IMG/VR virus record: IMGVR_UViG_3300022179_000487 | Location: 1 to 61,418 of that record | DNA: 61,418 nucleotides | Strand: one strand, 5' to 3' | DNA from: a virus | Taxonomy: Duplodnaviria; Caudoviricetes | In this document: piece after piece, positions 33,445 to 42,908 of the stretch | Layout: every line of letters begins with the position of its first letter | Position numbering within the stretch: the first letter of the stretch is position 1 | The notes under the pieces: model-generated | Seen by the model: the letters and a program-made list of their open reading frames with translations, nothing else | What the model was told of the DNA's origin: nothing | Database searches by the model: none | Translations under genes and position numbers: made by a program

Positions 33445-35502
33445 ATGACGACAGCAGCAACATCTCTCTTGGGCCTAGCCCTTCCGGTCACTGGCGAACT
33501 TGCAGGTACGTGGGGGACGACGGTTAATGACTCCATTACCTCTCTCCTGGACACTGCCGTTGCCGGTACGACCACGCTTAGCACGGACGCTGACGTCACG
33601 CTGACTACCACGACTCTTGCGGCAAACCAGGCTCGTCAGGCTATTTTGTTATGTTCAGGCGCACGCACGGCGCTACGGACCATCACGGCCCCGGCTCAGT
33701 CCAAGATCTACACGATCATCAATGCGACGACGGGTGGTTTCTCTGTCAAGCTAGTGGGTGTTGGTCCTACGACGGGTCTGACAATCCCTAACGGCGCGTC
33801 GGCTGTTGTTGCTTGGAATGGCTCTGACTTTATTGAGATTGGCTCGGCCACTGTTGGTAACCTGACGGTTAACGGGAACCTGTCTGTCACGGGAACTACA
33901 TCCCTTACTGGCGTGGCTACGCTTACTGCAAATCCGGTCTTATCAGGCGGCACAGCCAACGGAGTAGCGTATCTCAACGGCTCCAAGGTAGTCACTACTG
34001 GTTCTGCGCTGACGTTTGATGGGACGACTTTTAAAGTACAAAACAATAACGCAGTTACACCTGTTTTTCAGATTCAAAGTTATGCGTCTGTTGGTACTGC
34101 AATTGCAAACATAACGTATGACCAAGGCACAGACATCTACAAACTATCAAATCCGTCAACTTTTGCCGGGTCTGGAATTGACTTTGGTACTGGCGCTTCA
34201 TCAACAACTCGTTATCACATTGATACAAGCGGCGTTCATATTTGGACTGTAGCTTCTGAAGGAATGCGCCTAACCAGCACAGGGCTGGGTATTGGGACGA
34301 GTTCTCCTGCTGCGAAGCTGGACGTTTTAGGCTCTTCTGGCGATCAAATCCGAGTTCGTACCGCTGGAACGGAGTTTTATCGTTTTGGACGTAATAGCGG
34401 CACTGGATTCTTGGATTTCTACGGAAGTCAGACTGGCTATCAGGGTTACACCTTTGGTGGAGTTGACGGCACTTGGATGACAATTAACTCCTCCGGTAAC
34501 CTCGGATTGGGGGTTACGCCGAGTGCTTGGGGTAGTGGTCGTACAGTAATTGAAATGCCAACATCGGCATACATAATGTCGCAAAATGTGCAGATCAACT
34601 TGCTTCAAAACGCCTACTATGACGGCTCTGCGTGGAGATATAAGAACACCAACTATGCTGCGTATTTTCAAGTGGCAAACGGCGCTCATATTTGGTACAA
34701 CGCCCCCTCCGGCACAGCAGGTAACGCCATATCCTTCACCCAAGCAATGACGCTGGATGCGAGTGGGAATTTGGGGTTGGGTATAACTTCTCCCACGGTT
34801 AATTTGCACGTTTACAACGCAAGTTCAGCAGAAACAAGGATTGCTTCGGCAAACATTGGATTGCAGCTGTATTCCTCTGAAGGCGCAGGAACTTCAGTTA
34901 TCGGTACGTACACTAACCATGCGTTAGTTTTTAGGACAAACGCCACAGAACGCGCCCGTATCGACACCAGCGGGAATTTGCTGATTGGACGTACTGCAAC
35001 CGGCCTTACAACGGCAGGTGCAGGCATTAACAAAAATGCGGGAGGTGCTTACTTTGAGGTAGTTCAAGGGGGCAACGGCGTTGCATGTATGTACGCAAAC
35101 CAATCCTACGGGAGTGGGAGTCAGACCGCTTTTGATATTCGGTTTAACAACACACAAGTCGGAACTATTAACGTAACGTCAACAACATGCACGTTTAATA
35201 ATTTATCTGACTATCGTTTAAAAGATGTTATTGGGCCTGTTGCTGGCCATGGTGACAGAATTGATTTATTGGAGCCTATTGAATACGCATGGAAGTCTAC
35301 TGGAGAACTAACACGAGGATTTTTAGCTCACAAGTTCCAGGAGATTTATCCAACTAGCGTTAGTGGGAAAAAAGATGATGTTGATGATGAAGGCAATCCT
35401 AAATACCAAACCATGCAGGCAAGCACGGCAGAAGTTATTGCAGACTTGGTTGCAGAAATCAAATCTCTCCGCGCTCGTGTGGCGCAACTTGAAGCCAAAT
35501 GA
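33445..35502 (+). CDS. Tail fibre with C-terminal peptidase S74-like intramolecular chaperone
   Basis: Repeated SGNLGLG/GLGIG spacers; SDYRLK, GFLAH, coiled-coil end. Confidence 0.88.
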   Translation: MTTAATSLLGLALPVTGELAGTWGTTVNDSITSLLDTAVAGTTTLSTDADVTLTTTTLAANQARQAILLCSGARTALRTITAPAQSKIYTIINATTGGFSVKLVGVGPTTGLTIPNGASAVVAWNGSDFIEIGSATVGNLTVNGNLSVTGTTSLTGVATLTANPVLSGGTANGVAYLNGSKVVTTGSALTFDGTTFKVQNNNAVTPVFQIQSYASVGTAIANITYDQGTDIYKLSNPSTFAGSGIDFGTGASSTTRYHIDTSGVHIWTVASEGMRLTSTGLGIGTSSPAAKLDVLGSSGDQIRVRTAGTEFYRFGRNSGTGFLDFYGSQTGYQGYTFGGVDGTWMTINSSGNLGLGVTPSAWGSGRTVIEMPTSAYIMSQNVQINLLQNAYYDGSAWRYKNTNYAAYFQVANGAHIWYNAPSGTAGNAISFTQAMTLDASGNLGLGITSPTVNLHVYNASSAETRIASANIGLQLYSSEGAGTSVIGTYTNHALVFRTNATERARIDTSGNLLIGRTATGLTTAGAGINKNAGGAYFEVVQGGNGVACMYANQSYGSGSQTAFDIRFNNTQVGTINVTSTTCTFNNLSDYRLKDVIGPVAGHGDRIDLLEPIEYAWKSTGELTRGFLAHKFQEIYPTSVSGKKDDVDDEGNPKYQTMQASTAEVIADLVAEIKSLRARVAQLEAK

Positions 35503-36059
35503 AATCTTGCACGCATTGCAACCAAGTAAAGCCTTTTGAGGCTTTCTACGCAAGCTCGACCCACAAGTCGGGCTATACGTCTTGGTGCAAAGTTTGTGAG
35601 TCCGATCGCAACAAGGCCAAAAACCAAACAAACCGTGATGCTCGACTTGCCAAAGCAAAGCAATGGCGCGATGCAAACAAAGACAAGCAGGCGGTTTTAA
35701 CCAAGGCTTGGCGTGAGCAAAATGCAGAGCGTGTGTCATCAATGTACCGTGACTGGGCTGAGCGCAATCAGGACAAGGTAAATGCCAAGTGGATGAAGCG
35801 TGCGGCGGGAAAGAAAAGCAGAACACCGCCTTGGTTAACCAGTGATGATTTATGGATGATTGAGCAGGCTTACGATATTGCCGTGCTCAGAACCAAAATG
35901 CTTGGTATAGAGCATCATGTTGACCACATTATTCCGCTGCAAGGAAAATCCGTTTCTGGCCTTCATGTGCCTTGGAATTTACAAGTCATCACAGCAAGGG
36001 AAAATCGTATGAAATCAAATCAACTCAAGGCTGACGTAGCCGCACTGAAAGGAAACTGA
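35499..36059 (+). CDS. Free-standing HNH endonuclease
   Basis: CTHC...CKVC; HVDHIIPLQG..VSGLHVPWNLQ.....EN..KSN. Confidence 0.9.
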   Translation: MKSCTHCNQVKPFEAFYASSTHKSGYTSWCKVCESDRNKAKNQTNRDARLAKAKQWRDANKDKQAVLTKAWREQNAERVSSMYRDWAERNQDKVNAKWMKRAAGKKSRTPPWLTSDDLWMIEQAYDIAVLRTKMLGIEHHVDHIIPLQGKSVSGLHVPWNLQVITARENRMKSNQLKADVAALKGN

Positions 36060-36060
36060 A

Positions 36061-36393
36061 ATGACAACAACTTATAACTGGGTAATCTCTGCCCTTGATT
36101 GCATCCCCAATACGCCTGAAGGCGCAGACTATGTTGTGACCGCCCATTGGTCATGTAACGGTACTGATGGCACTTATAACGGCAGCGTCTACTCGACCTG
36201 TTCGTTTCCTGTTGTCCAGGGGTCTTCTTTTATCCCTTATTCTTCGCTAACAGAACAGACTGTTCTAGGCTGGATTTGGGCTAACGGAGTAGACCAAGCC
36301 GCTACGGAAGCCGCTGTTCAGCAACAAATAGAAAACCAGATTAACCCCCCGGTAGTTACGCCGCCGCTACCTTGGGCAACCCCTGCGGCATAA
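36061..36393 (+). CDS. Tail fibre-associated protein (putative)
   Basis: FIPY..LTE..VLGW, PLPW; typical position after the fibre gene. Confidence 0.65.
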   Translation: MTTTYNWVISALDCIPNTPEGADYVVTAHWSCNGTDGTYNGSVYSTCSFPVVQGSSFIPYSSLTEQTVLGWIWANGVDQAATEAAVQQQIENQINPPVVTPPLPWATPAA

Positions 36394-36402
36394 GGAGCAC
36401 TA

Positions 36403-36573
36403 ATGGACGACAAAAAAATTGAACTAAGCCTAAGCCTGGTGAACGCCACTCTGCAGTATTTGGGTACGCGCCCGTACGGCGAGGTGTTCCAGCTGGTTCA
36501 AGCCATTCAGGAGCAGGCAATCCCTCAGGTGCCGATGCCTGAGACCAAGCCGGACGAAGCTACGGTTCAGTGA
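36403..36573 (+). CDS. Small protein, 56 aa (not in ORF track)
   Basis: AAGGAG RBS; LQYLGTRPYGEVFQLV. Confidence 0.75.
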   Translation: MDDKKIELSLSLVNATLQYLGTRPYGEVFQLVQAIQEQAIPQVPMPETKPDEATVQ

Positions 36574-36580
36574 GGCTGAA

Positions 36581-37129
36581 ATTGACCCAATAACCATTGG
36601 CGTTGCATTTGCCGGGGCCAAAGCGGCGGTAGCCACCATCAAGGAGGTTATCAAGCTCGGCAAGGACGCCAATGAGTTAACCAAGAGTATCGTCGGGTAT
36701 TTTGATCAGAAGGCCATCATTGAGAAGGCCGAGGCGGTCAAGGAGCGAGAGAAGCGCGAGGCGCTGTGGGACAAGGCCAACGGGGTCAAGCCCAAGAAAA
36801 CAGATGCAGAGCTAACGTCAGAGGCGATGGAGATTGTCCTCAAGCGACGGGAGCTAGAGAGGCAGGAGTACGAGCTGTACGAGATGCTGGTGTGGTCTGG
36901 CCAGGGGAAGATCTGGGATGACATGGTCAAACTCAGAGAGAGCATGAAGCGGCAGATTGCCAAGGAAGAGGCTGAGGCGGTCAAGCAAAAGATCATTGAT
37001 GCCGCCAAGGCCCAGGACCGCAAGGAGATGATTCAGGACATCCAGCTCTCAGTGGCAATCATTGCGGCGTTTAGTCTAGCGATGTACTGGCTGGTTCAGT
37101 GGGGGATTTCAAAAGGATTGTGGAGATGA
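36581..37129 (+). CDS. Coiled-coil protein with C-terminal TM; probable ATT start
   Basis: Frame is open upstream of the 36827 ATG (DPITIGVAFAG...); no ATG/GTG/TTG in frame; GAGG at 36572. Confidence 0.65.
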   Translation: MDPITIGVAFAGAKAAVATIKEVIKLGKDANELTKSIVGYFDQKAIIEKAEAVKEREKREALWDKANGVKPKKTDAELTSEAMEIVLKRRELERQEYELYEMLVWSGQGKIWDDMVKLRESMKRQIAKEEAEAVKQKIIDAAKAQDRKEMIQDIQLSVAIIAAFSLAMYWLVQWGISKGLWR

Positions 37130-37740
37130 GTGAGCAGGACAAGACGCTGGGAGTACTAGACAGGGTGCTGACCTACGTGGATAGCCCGTTCAAGCTAATT
37201 GCCTTGCTCATCATGTTTGTGTTTGGTTTCTGTGCCTGGTTTGTCTATGCCAACCATGACCTATTGGTCGGGGCTTACAAAGAGAGCCAGAAGCTACCGA
37301 GCATTAACGAGGCCAGGGTGGAGGATGCTGCGGCAGTGCTAATTAAGTACGGCGGTGCCCAGACTGTGTCTATATTTAAGGTAAACCCGTTGTTTGGTAC
37401 GAGGGTTCTTTACCGGGCGTATACCAAGGATGGACGGGATAAACGACTGGAGGGTATTGATGTTGGTCTCTTCACAACTAATCAGGCGAACAATGCGGAC
37501 GTTGTCAAACTCATGGCAGGAGAAACGCCGTGTGGAGACTACCATAAGCCACAAAGCGAAATCGGCCTGTGGTACGTCGAAGTTGGGGTCACCTACGGCT
37601 GTCGAATCTCTGTACCACCGGACGCAACGCGTTTCATCGGTCAAATTACCGTCGGGTTCAAAGATCGACCTGAGAGCATAGAAGACGTGCAATCCCTTAT
37701 GTCGATTGCTTCATCAATGTTAACCAAAAAGAGTTACTAA
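37126..37740 (+). CDS. Single-TM membrane protein with soluble C-terminal domain in the lysis cassette (holin or regulator candidate)
   Basis: TM LIALLIMFVFGFCAWFVY; position before holin and endolysin. Confidence 0.5.
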   Translation: MSEQDKTLGVLDRVLTYVDSPFKLIALLIMFVFGFCAWFVYANHDLLVGAYKESQKLPSINEARVEDAAAVLIKYGGAQTVSIFKVNPLFGTRVLYRAYTKDGRDKRLEGIDVGLFTTNQANNADVVKLMAGETPCGDYHKPQSEIGLWYVEVGVTYGCRISVPPDATRFIGQITVGFKDRPESIEDVQSLMSIASSMLTKKSY

Positions 37741-38255
37741 TGCTGACACTATTCTCTACCCTGATATCCTTCCTAATGGGCGGATTGCCCAAGATTTTGG
37801 ACTTTTTCCAAGACCGCAGCGACAAGAAGCACGAGCTGGAGCTGGCCCAGATGCAGATCGCCCGGGAGCTTGAGATGCGCAAGCTGGGCTTTGAAGCCCA
37901 AGAACGGGTTGAGAACATCCATACCCAGCAACTTGAGATTGAGACCAAGTCCAACGAGAAGGTCTCCATGATTGCCGCCCAGCAGGCTGAGATGCAGGCC
38001 ATCTACGCCCACGACACGGCGCTCAACGAGGGCACTAGCCAGTGGATGAAGAACTTCCGGGCCAGCGTGCGCCCCGCTATCACCTATGGTTTCTTCCTGT
38101 TGCTGGTTGGTATTGACTGCGCCTTGGTTTACCACGGCCTGAGCACCGGCGTTGGTTTCCAAGACATGGCTGACCAACTGTGGGACGACGAGACCCAGGC
38201 GCTGTTTGCCAGCATCATTGCGTTCCATTTTGGCGGTCGGGCATTTGGTAAATGA
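37740..38255 (+). CDS. Holin-like membrane protein (3TM/GTA-holin-like)
   Basis: DKKHEL, SVRPAITY, TM segments, FHFGGR; overlaps endolysin. Confidence 0.7.
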   Translation: MLTLFSTLISFLMGGLPKILDFFQDRSDKKHELELAQMQIARELEMRKLGFEAQERVENIHTQQLEIETKSNEKVSMIAAQQAEMQAIYAHDTALNEGTSQWMKNFRASVRPAITYGFFLLLVGIDCALVYHGLSTGVGFQDMADQLWDDETQALFASIIAFHFGGRAFGK

Positions 38256-38728
38256 ACGTCAGCCCTAAAGCCGTGGCTATGATCAAACACCATGAAGGTG
38301 TAAGACAAAAGCCTTACAGATGTCCAGCAAAGTTATGGACGATTGGCGTTGGACATGTGTTGTACCCGGAGCAGGGGAAGTTGCCCATCGATCAGCGGGA
38401 TGGGTTTGCCTTGAAGATCGAGGATTTCAGGGTCTTCAGCATGGAGGAAGTTGATGGAATACTTCGCGCAGATCTGGCTCGCTTTGAGCGAGGGGTTCAC
38501 ACCTACATCACTGCTCCTCTTACACAAAGCATGTTTGACGCTCTTGTGTCTTTCAGTTTTAACGTCGGTCTTGGAACACTCCAGCGTTCGACGCTTCGTC
38601 AAAAACTCAATAGGGGCGACAAAGAAGGCGCGGGTCAAGAACTGTTGAAGTATTGCATGGCTGGTGGCAAAATACTCAAAGGGTTGCAGAACCGTCGGCT
38701 TGACGAACACGCCCTGTTCATGTCGTAG
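38252..38728 (+). CDS. GH24 lysozyme endolysin
   Basis: HEG....Y.C....WTIGVGH, FDALVSFSFNVG, GLQNRR..E. Confidence 0.93.
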   Translation: MNVSPKAVAMIKHHEGVRQKPYRCPAKLWTIGVGHVLYPEQGKLPIDQRDGFALKIEDFRVFSMEEVDGILRADLARFERGVHTYITAPLTQSMFDALVSFSFNVGLGTLQRSTLRQKLNRGDKEGAGQELLKYCMAGGKILKGLQNRRLDEHALFMS

Positions 38729-38736
38729 GGATCGAG

Positions 38737-41106
38737 ATGCCGCTCAAGAAAATAATGTTCCGGCCGGGCGTGAACCGGGAAAACACCAGATACGCTTCTG
38801 AGGCCCTGGGTTCGGTCAATGCTGGCACCGAGGTAGTTGGTGGTTGGTACGACTCTGAGAAGGTTCGTTTCCGCGCTGGCACCCCTGAGAAGCTCGGCGG
38901 TTGGGTTCAGATCTCTGCCAATTACTTTAAGGGCGTGTGCCGGTCTCTATGGAACTGGGTAACTCTTACCTCGCTTAACCTGATTGGCGTTGGTACAAAC
39001 CTAAAGTTCTACATATCCAACGGCGGTGCGTACTACGACATTACGCCTATTAGGGCTACTACAACCCTGACAAACCCGTTTGGGACCACATTAAACTCGT
39101 CTACTGTCCTGGTGACTGATGCGGCCGGTGGGTTTGCTGACGGCGCGTATGTAACGTTTAACGGCTCTTCTGCCATAGGTGGCCTGACGTTGCTTGGGGA
39201 ATACAAGATCTCCTTGCAGTCTGCCACTACCTACAACATAACTGCAGAATCCACGGTAAGCCTGGTCCTCTCGACAGGCGTATTTACGGCCCAGTTTCAG
39301 CTGGCCAACAACGTTGAAGTGGTGTTATCCACCACGGGCGCTTTGCCTACAGGTTTTGTGGCAGGCACGACCTATTATGTTGTTAATACTTCAGGGTACA
39401 CATTCCAGCTTGCCGCCACTTCTGGGGGCACGGCGATCGTTCCGACCGGCACACAGTCTGGAATCCATACGGCCACTGCCAAAGCCACGTCTACCACGGC
39501 TAGCGGGGGAGGCACGGTGTACGCTATGTACCAAATCAATACCGGCCCTGAGTACACGGTGGCCTTGACGGGCTGGGGTGCAGGCGGTTGGGGCTTAGGA
39601 GCCTGGGGCGTTGGAGCTACTGGTACAGATGCGTTGCGCCTGTGGAGCCAGTCTAACTTTGGTGAAGATCTAGTATTTGGTCCCCGTGGTGGGGCTATGT
39701 ACTACTGGAATGCCACTTACAACGTGAATGGCGCTCCTGTCACCATCACCATAGCCACCCCTGGCGTGCTGACGGCCAGTGTGAACTTTGCCAACGGGGA
39801 CGCCATCATGCTGACCACGACCGGGGCGTTGCCGACTGGTCTGACTCCTGGCACTGTGTATTACGTTGTCAATGCGTCTAGTGGGACATGTAACCTTGCG
39901 GCTACAGCTGGTGGTACGCCAATCACCACTTCTGGTTCTCAGTCTGGCACGCATACTATTGCGGCTCGGGGTATACCTGTCACCTCTCTGTCTGGCGCGT
40001 CTGGTGTTCCAACGATTCAGAATTTGATCTTTGTGTCTGACATCAGCCGGTTTGTGTTTGCCTTTGGCTGTAATGACTACGGGGCTACCGCCCAAGACCC
40101 CATGTTAATCCGCTGGTCGGACCAAGAATCTGTGGTGGAGTGGACCCCTGCCGCTACCAACCAGGCTGGCAGTTTGCGCCTATCCCATGGCTCAGAGATT
40201 GTGACGTGTCTGCAGACCCGCCAAGAGATTGTGGTGTTTACGGATTCCTCGGTGTATTCACTGCAGTACTTGGGCGCTCCGACTGTTTGGGGTAGCCAGA
40301 TCTTGGGAGACAACATCTCCATCATGGGTCAGAACGCTACGTCTGTTGCATCTGGTGTGGTGTACTGGATGGGTGTGGACAAGTTCTATAAATACGACGG
40401 CCGTGTCTCTACCTTGCGTTGTGACCTGCGTCAGTATATCTATAGCAATATCAACCTGGCTCAGGCTCAGCAGGTGTATAGCGGGACTAACGAGGGCTTT
40501 AACGAGGTCTGGTGGTTCTACTGCTCGGCTAATTCAACCCAGATAGATAAGTACGTGGTTTACAACTATCTTGAGGATATTTGGTACTACGGCAACATGG
40601 CTCGCACGGCGTGGCTAGACTCTGGTTCCTTGGACTATCCGCTGGCTGCTCCGTATATCAATTCAACATCTAATAATCTGGTGTACCACGAGAACGGTAA
40701 TGACGACAACATAACCGGCGTACCTGCGGCCATTGACTCGTATATCTCGTCCTCAGAATTTGACATCAGCGACGGCCATAACTTTGGCTTTATCTGGCGT
40801 ATCCTGCCTGACTTGACGTTTAGAAGTTCTACTGGGGAGACGACTCCTCAGGTCACTATGACCTTGATCCCGTTGCAGAACTCTGGGTCGGGATATACCA
40901 ATCCAGCCTCTGTTGGTGGTTCGGACAACGCTACGATCAGCCGTATTGCATCGGCCCCGGTTGAGGAGTTCACTGGCCAGGTTTATGTGCGTGTACGCGG
41001 GCGTCAGCTGGTGTTTAAGGTTCAGGGTAACCAGTTGGGATTGCAGTGGCAACTTGGAGCGCCTCGTATTGACATCCGGCCTGATGGTCGTAGAGGCAAC
41101 TCATGA
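38737..41106 (+). CDS. Tail nozzle/stabilisation protein (P22 gp10-like, putative) with two inserted beta domains
   Basis: 789 aa; IRWSDQE, EVWWFY; duplicated LxTTGALPTG..xGTxYYVVN module. Confidence 0.7.
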   Translation: MPLKKIMFRPGVNRENTRYASEALGSVNAGTEVVGGWYDSEKVRFRAGTPEKLGGWVQISANYFKGVCRSLWNWVTLTSLNLIGVGTNLKFYISNGGAYYDITPIRATTTLTNPFGTTLNSSTVLVTDAAGGFADGAYVTFNGSSAIGGLTLLGEYKISLQSATTYNITAESTVSLVLSTGVFTAQFQLANNVEVVLSTTGALPTGFVAGTTYYVVNTSGYTFQLAATSGGTAIVPTGTQSGIHTATAKATSTTASGGGTVYAMYQINTGPEYTVALTGWGAGGWGLGAWGVGATGTDALRLWSQSNFGEDLVFGPRGGAMYYWNATYNVNGAPVTITIATPGVLTASVNFANGDAIMLTTTGALPTGLTPGTVYYVVNASSGTCNLAATAGGTPITTSGSQSGTHTIAARGIPVTSLSGASGVPTIQNLIFVSDISRFVFAFGCNDYGATAQDPMLIRWSDQESVVEWTPAATNQAGSLRLSHGSEIVTCLQTRQEIVVFTDSSVYSLQYLGAPTVWGSQILGDNISIMGQNATSVASGVVYWMGVDKFYKYDGRVSTLRCDLRQYIYSNINLAQAQQVYSGTNEGFNEVWWFYCSANSTQIDKYVVYNYLEDIWYYGNMARTAWLDSGSLDYPLAAPYINSTSNNLVYHENGNDDNITGVPAAIDSYISSSEFDISDGHNFGFIWRILPDLTFRSSTGETTPQVTMTLIPLQNSGSGYTNPASVGGSDNATISRIASAPVEEFTGQVYVRVRGRQLVFKVQGNQLGLQWQLGAPRIDIRPDGRRGNS

Positions 41107-42494
41107 CGTTGATTGTCACATCAGATGCTGAACTGCTACGGGTTACTCCCCCGAACTTGCCTCTTGCCCCGGGACAATACAGCTCCCAATATCAAGAGCA
41201 GTTTAACAATGTGTTACGGCTGTACTTCAACCAGCTCAATAAGATCGTAGGACAGCTTATGGCCTCCAATACAGAAGTACCAATCTCATTCCCGCCCACA
41301 GCCCTGGATGCGTTTGGTCGCCAGCGGGTTAGCCAGCCCTATACCCTGTTTGATAGCCAGAACCGTTACGCTGCTGATAACCAGTTTGACTCTTCGACGA
41401 CAGGCACAGGGTCCACCACGTTCAATACAAACCAGGCCAGCGTCAGCATGAGCGTGACGGCCGGTGGCGTGGGTTCTGTAGTGCGTCAAACCTACCGGAG
41501 CTTCCCATATCAGCCCGGTAAAGGGCTGTTGGTGCTTGCTACCTTTGTGATGGATGCGAGTAACAGCGTCAACCTGTCCCAGCGCGTGGGCTACTTCAAC
41601 ACTGACAACGGCGTGTTCTTCCAGAAAGTAGATGGGGTCAATAGCTTTGTCTTGCGCTCTAACACCTCAGGAACTCCCAGCGATGCCCGTACAGTCAACC
41701 AGGCTGATTGGAACGGCGATCCCTTAGATGGGACGGGCACCAGTGGGTATACTTTAGACTTAACAAAACCGCAGATTCTGTGGATGGACTTTGAATGGTT
41801 GGGTGTAGGCTCGGTCCGTTGTGGGTTCATCATTAACGGTGAATACATTGTTTGCCACACATTTAACACTGCAAACGTCTATGGCACCACGGTCTACATG
41901 ACCACGGCCATTCTGCCTGTAAGGTATGAGATTACAACCACGACCTCGGCGGTGGCCGCAACGTTGACCCAGATCTGTTGCTCTGTTGTATCTGAGGGCG
42001 GGTTTGAGCAGACGTCAATTGACCATGTGGCACGTCGCACCACAATATTTACGACCATTAACACGGCGGCTACGTTCTACCCGATTGTGTCTATTCGATT
42101 GGCTTCTGGTCGGACTGGCGCGGTGGTACTACCAAACCGGGTACAGTTTCTTCCCACAACCAGCCAGAACTACGAAGTGGCTTTGCTGAAGAACCCGACT
42201 TTGACGGGAGCAACCTGGGCGGCTACAGTTCCATCTGACAGCAACGTGGAATATGACGTTGCAGCCACGGCTATTAGCTCTATTGGGACCATTGCTCAGA
42301 CAGACTATGTCACTTCCTCAGGTAGTGCTGGCGTTAGCGAAACAAGTGTTCCGACCGGGTACAACTGGGACTTGCAGCTGGGGGTGTCCTTGGCTGGGGT
42401 GAGCGATATCTACACACTTGCTGTACGCACGGTGTCTGGCGCAACAACGGGGGATGGATTGGGGTCCATCTCTTTCTACGATCTGACGCAGTAA
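41103..42494 (+). CDS. Virion tail-associated protein
   Basis: N-terminal LRLYFNQL module, then DAFGR, YQPGK, FEWLGVG.VR.GF. Confidence 0.65.
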   Translation: MTLIVTSDAELLRVTPPNLPLAPGQYSSQYQEQFNNVLRLYFNQLNKIVGQLMASNTEVPISFPPTALDAFGRQRVSQPYTLFDSQNRYAADNQFDSSTTGTGSTTFNTNQASVSMSVTAGGVGSVVRQTYRSFPYQPGKGLLVLATFVMDASNSVNLSQRVGYFNTDNGVFFQKVDGVNSFVLRSNTSGTPSDARTVNQADWNGDPLDGTGTSGYTLDLTKPQILWMDFEWLGVGSVRCGFIINGEYIVCHTFNTANVYGTTVYMTTAILPVRYEITTTTSAVAATLTQICCSVVSEGGFEQTSIDHVARRTTIFTTINTAATFYPIVSIRLASGRTGAVVLPNRVQFLPTTSQNYEVALLKNPTLTGATWAATVPSDSNVEYDVAATAISSIGTIAQTDYVTSSGSAGVSETSVPTGYNWDLQLGVSLAGVSDIYTLAVRTVSGATTGDGLGSISFYDLTQ

Positions 42495-42503
42495 GGATTC
42501 AAC

Positions 42504-42908
42504 ATGGCAGACATGAGTATTGAAGAGATTCTCAGTAACGACCTAAAGAATAACTATCCAGAGGGGTATGCCACTGTGGAGGAGTATGCTGCCGGTCTAG
42601 AAGATGCCATAAATAACGGAATGAAAATTATTCGGTCTGGCGACGCGTTGCTTATTTATGACGATGTTGCTGAAGGTGTCGCTGAAGCACACGTTATTAA
42701 CGGCGGTGTCTCTGTCATAAAAGGTATTCAATATCTTTTCAAGGCATTGATGCAGCTTCGTGAGGATGGTTACAAGGAAGTGCAGATTCCTTACGACAAG
42801 AAAGAGTTTGCCGGCATTCTTAGTAAGCTCCCAATCTTCCAGGTAACAACTGAGAAGATAGACGATGGAGAAGGTAGAACCTACCTAACAAAAGTGAGGT
42901 TAGCATGA
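42504..42908 (+). CDS. Hypothetical protein preceding the ejection genes (possibly GNAT-like)
   Basis: Position and alpha/beta pattern only. Confidence 0.55.
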   Translation: MADMSIEEILSNDLKNNYPEGYATVEEYAAGLEDAINNGMKIIRSGDALLIYDDVAEGVAEAHVINGGVSVIKGIQYLFKALMQLREDGYKEVQIPYDKKEFAGILSKLPIFQVTTEKIDDGEGRTYLTKVRLA

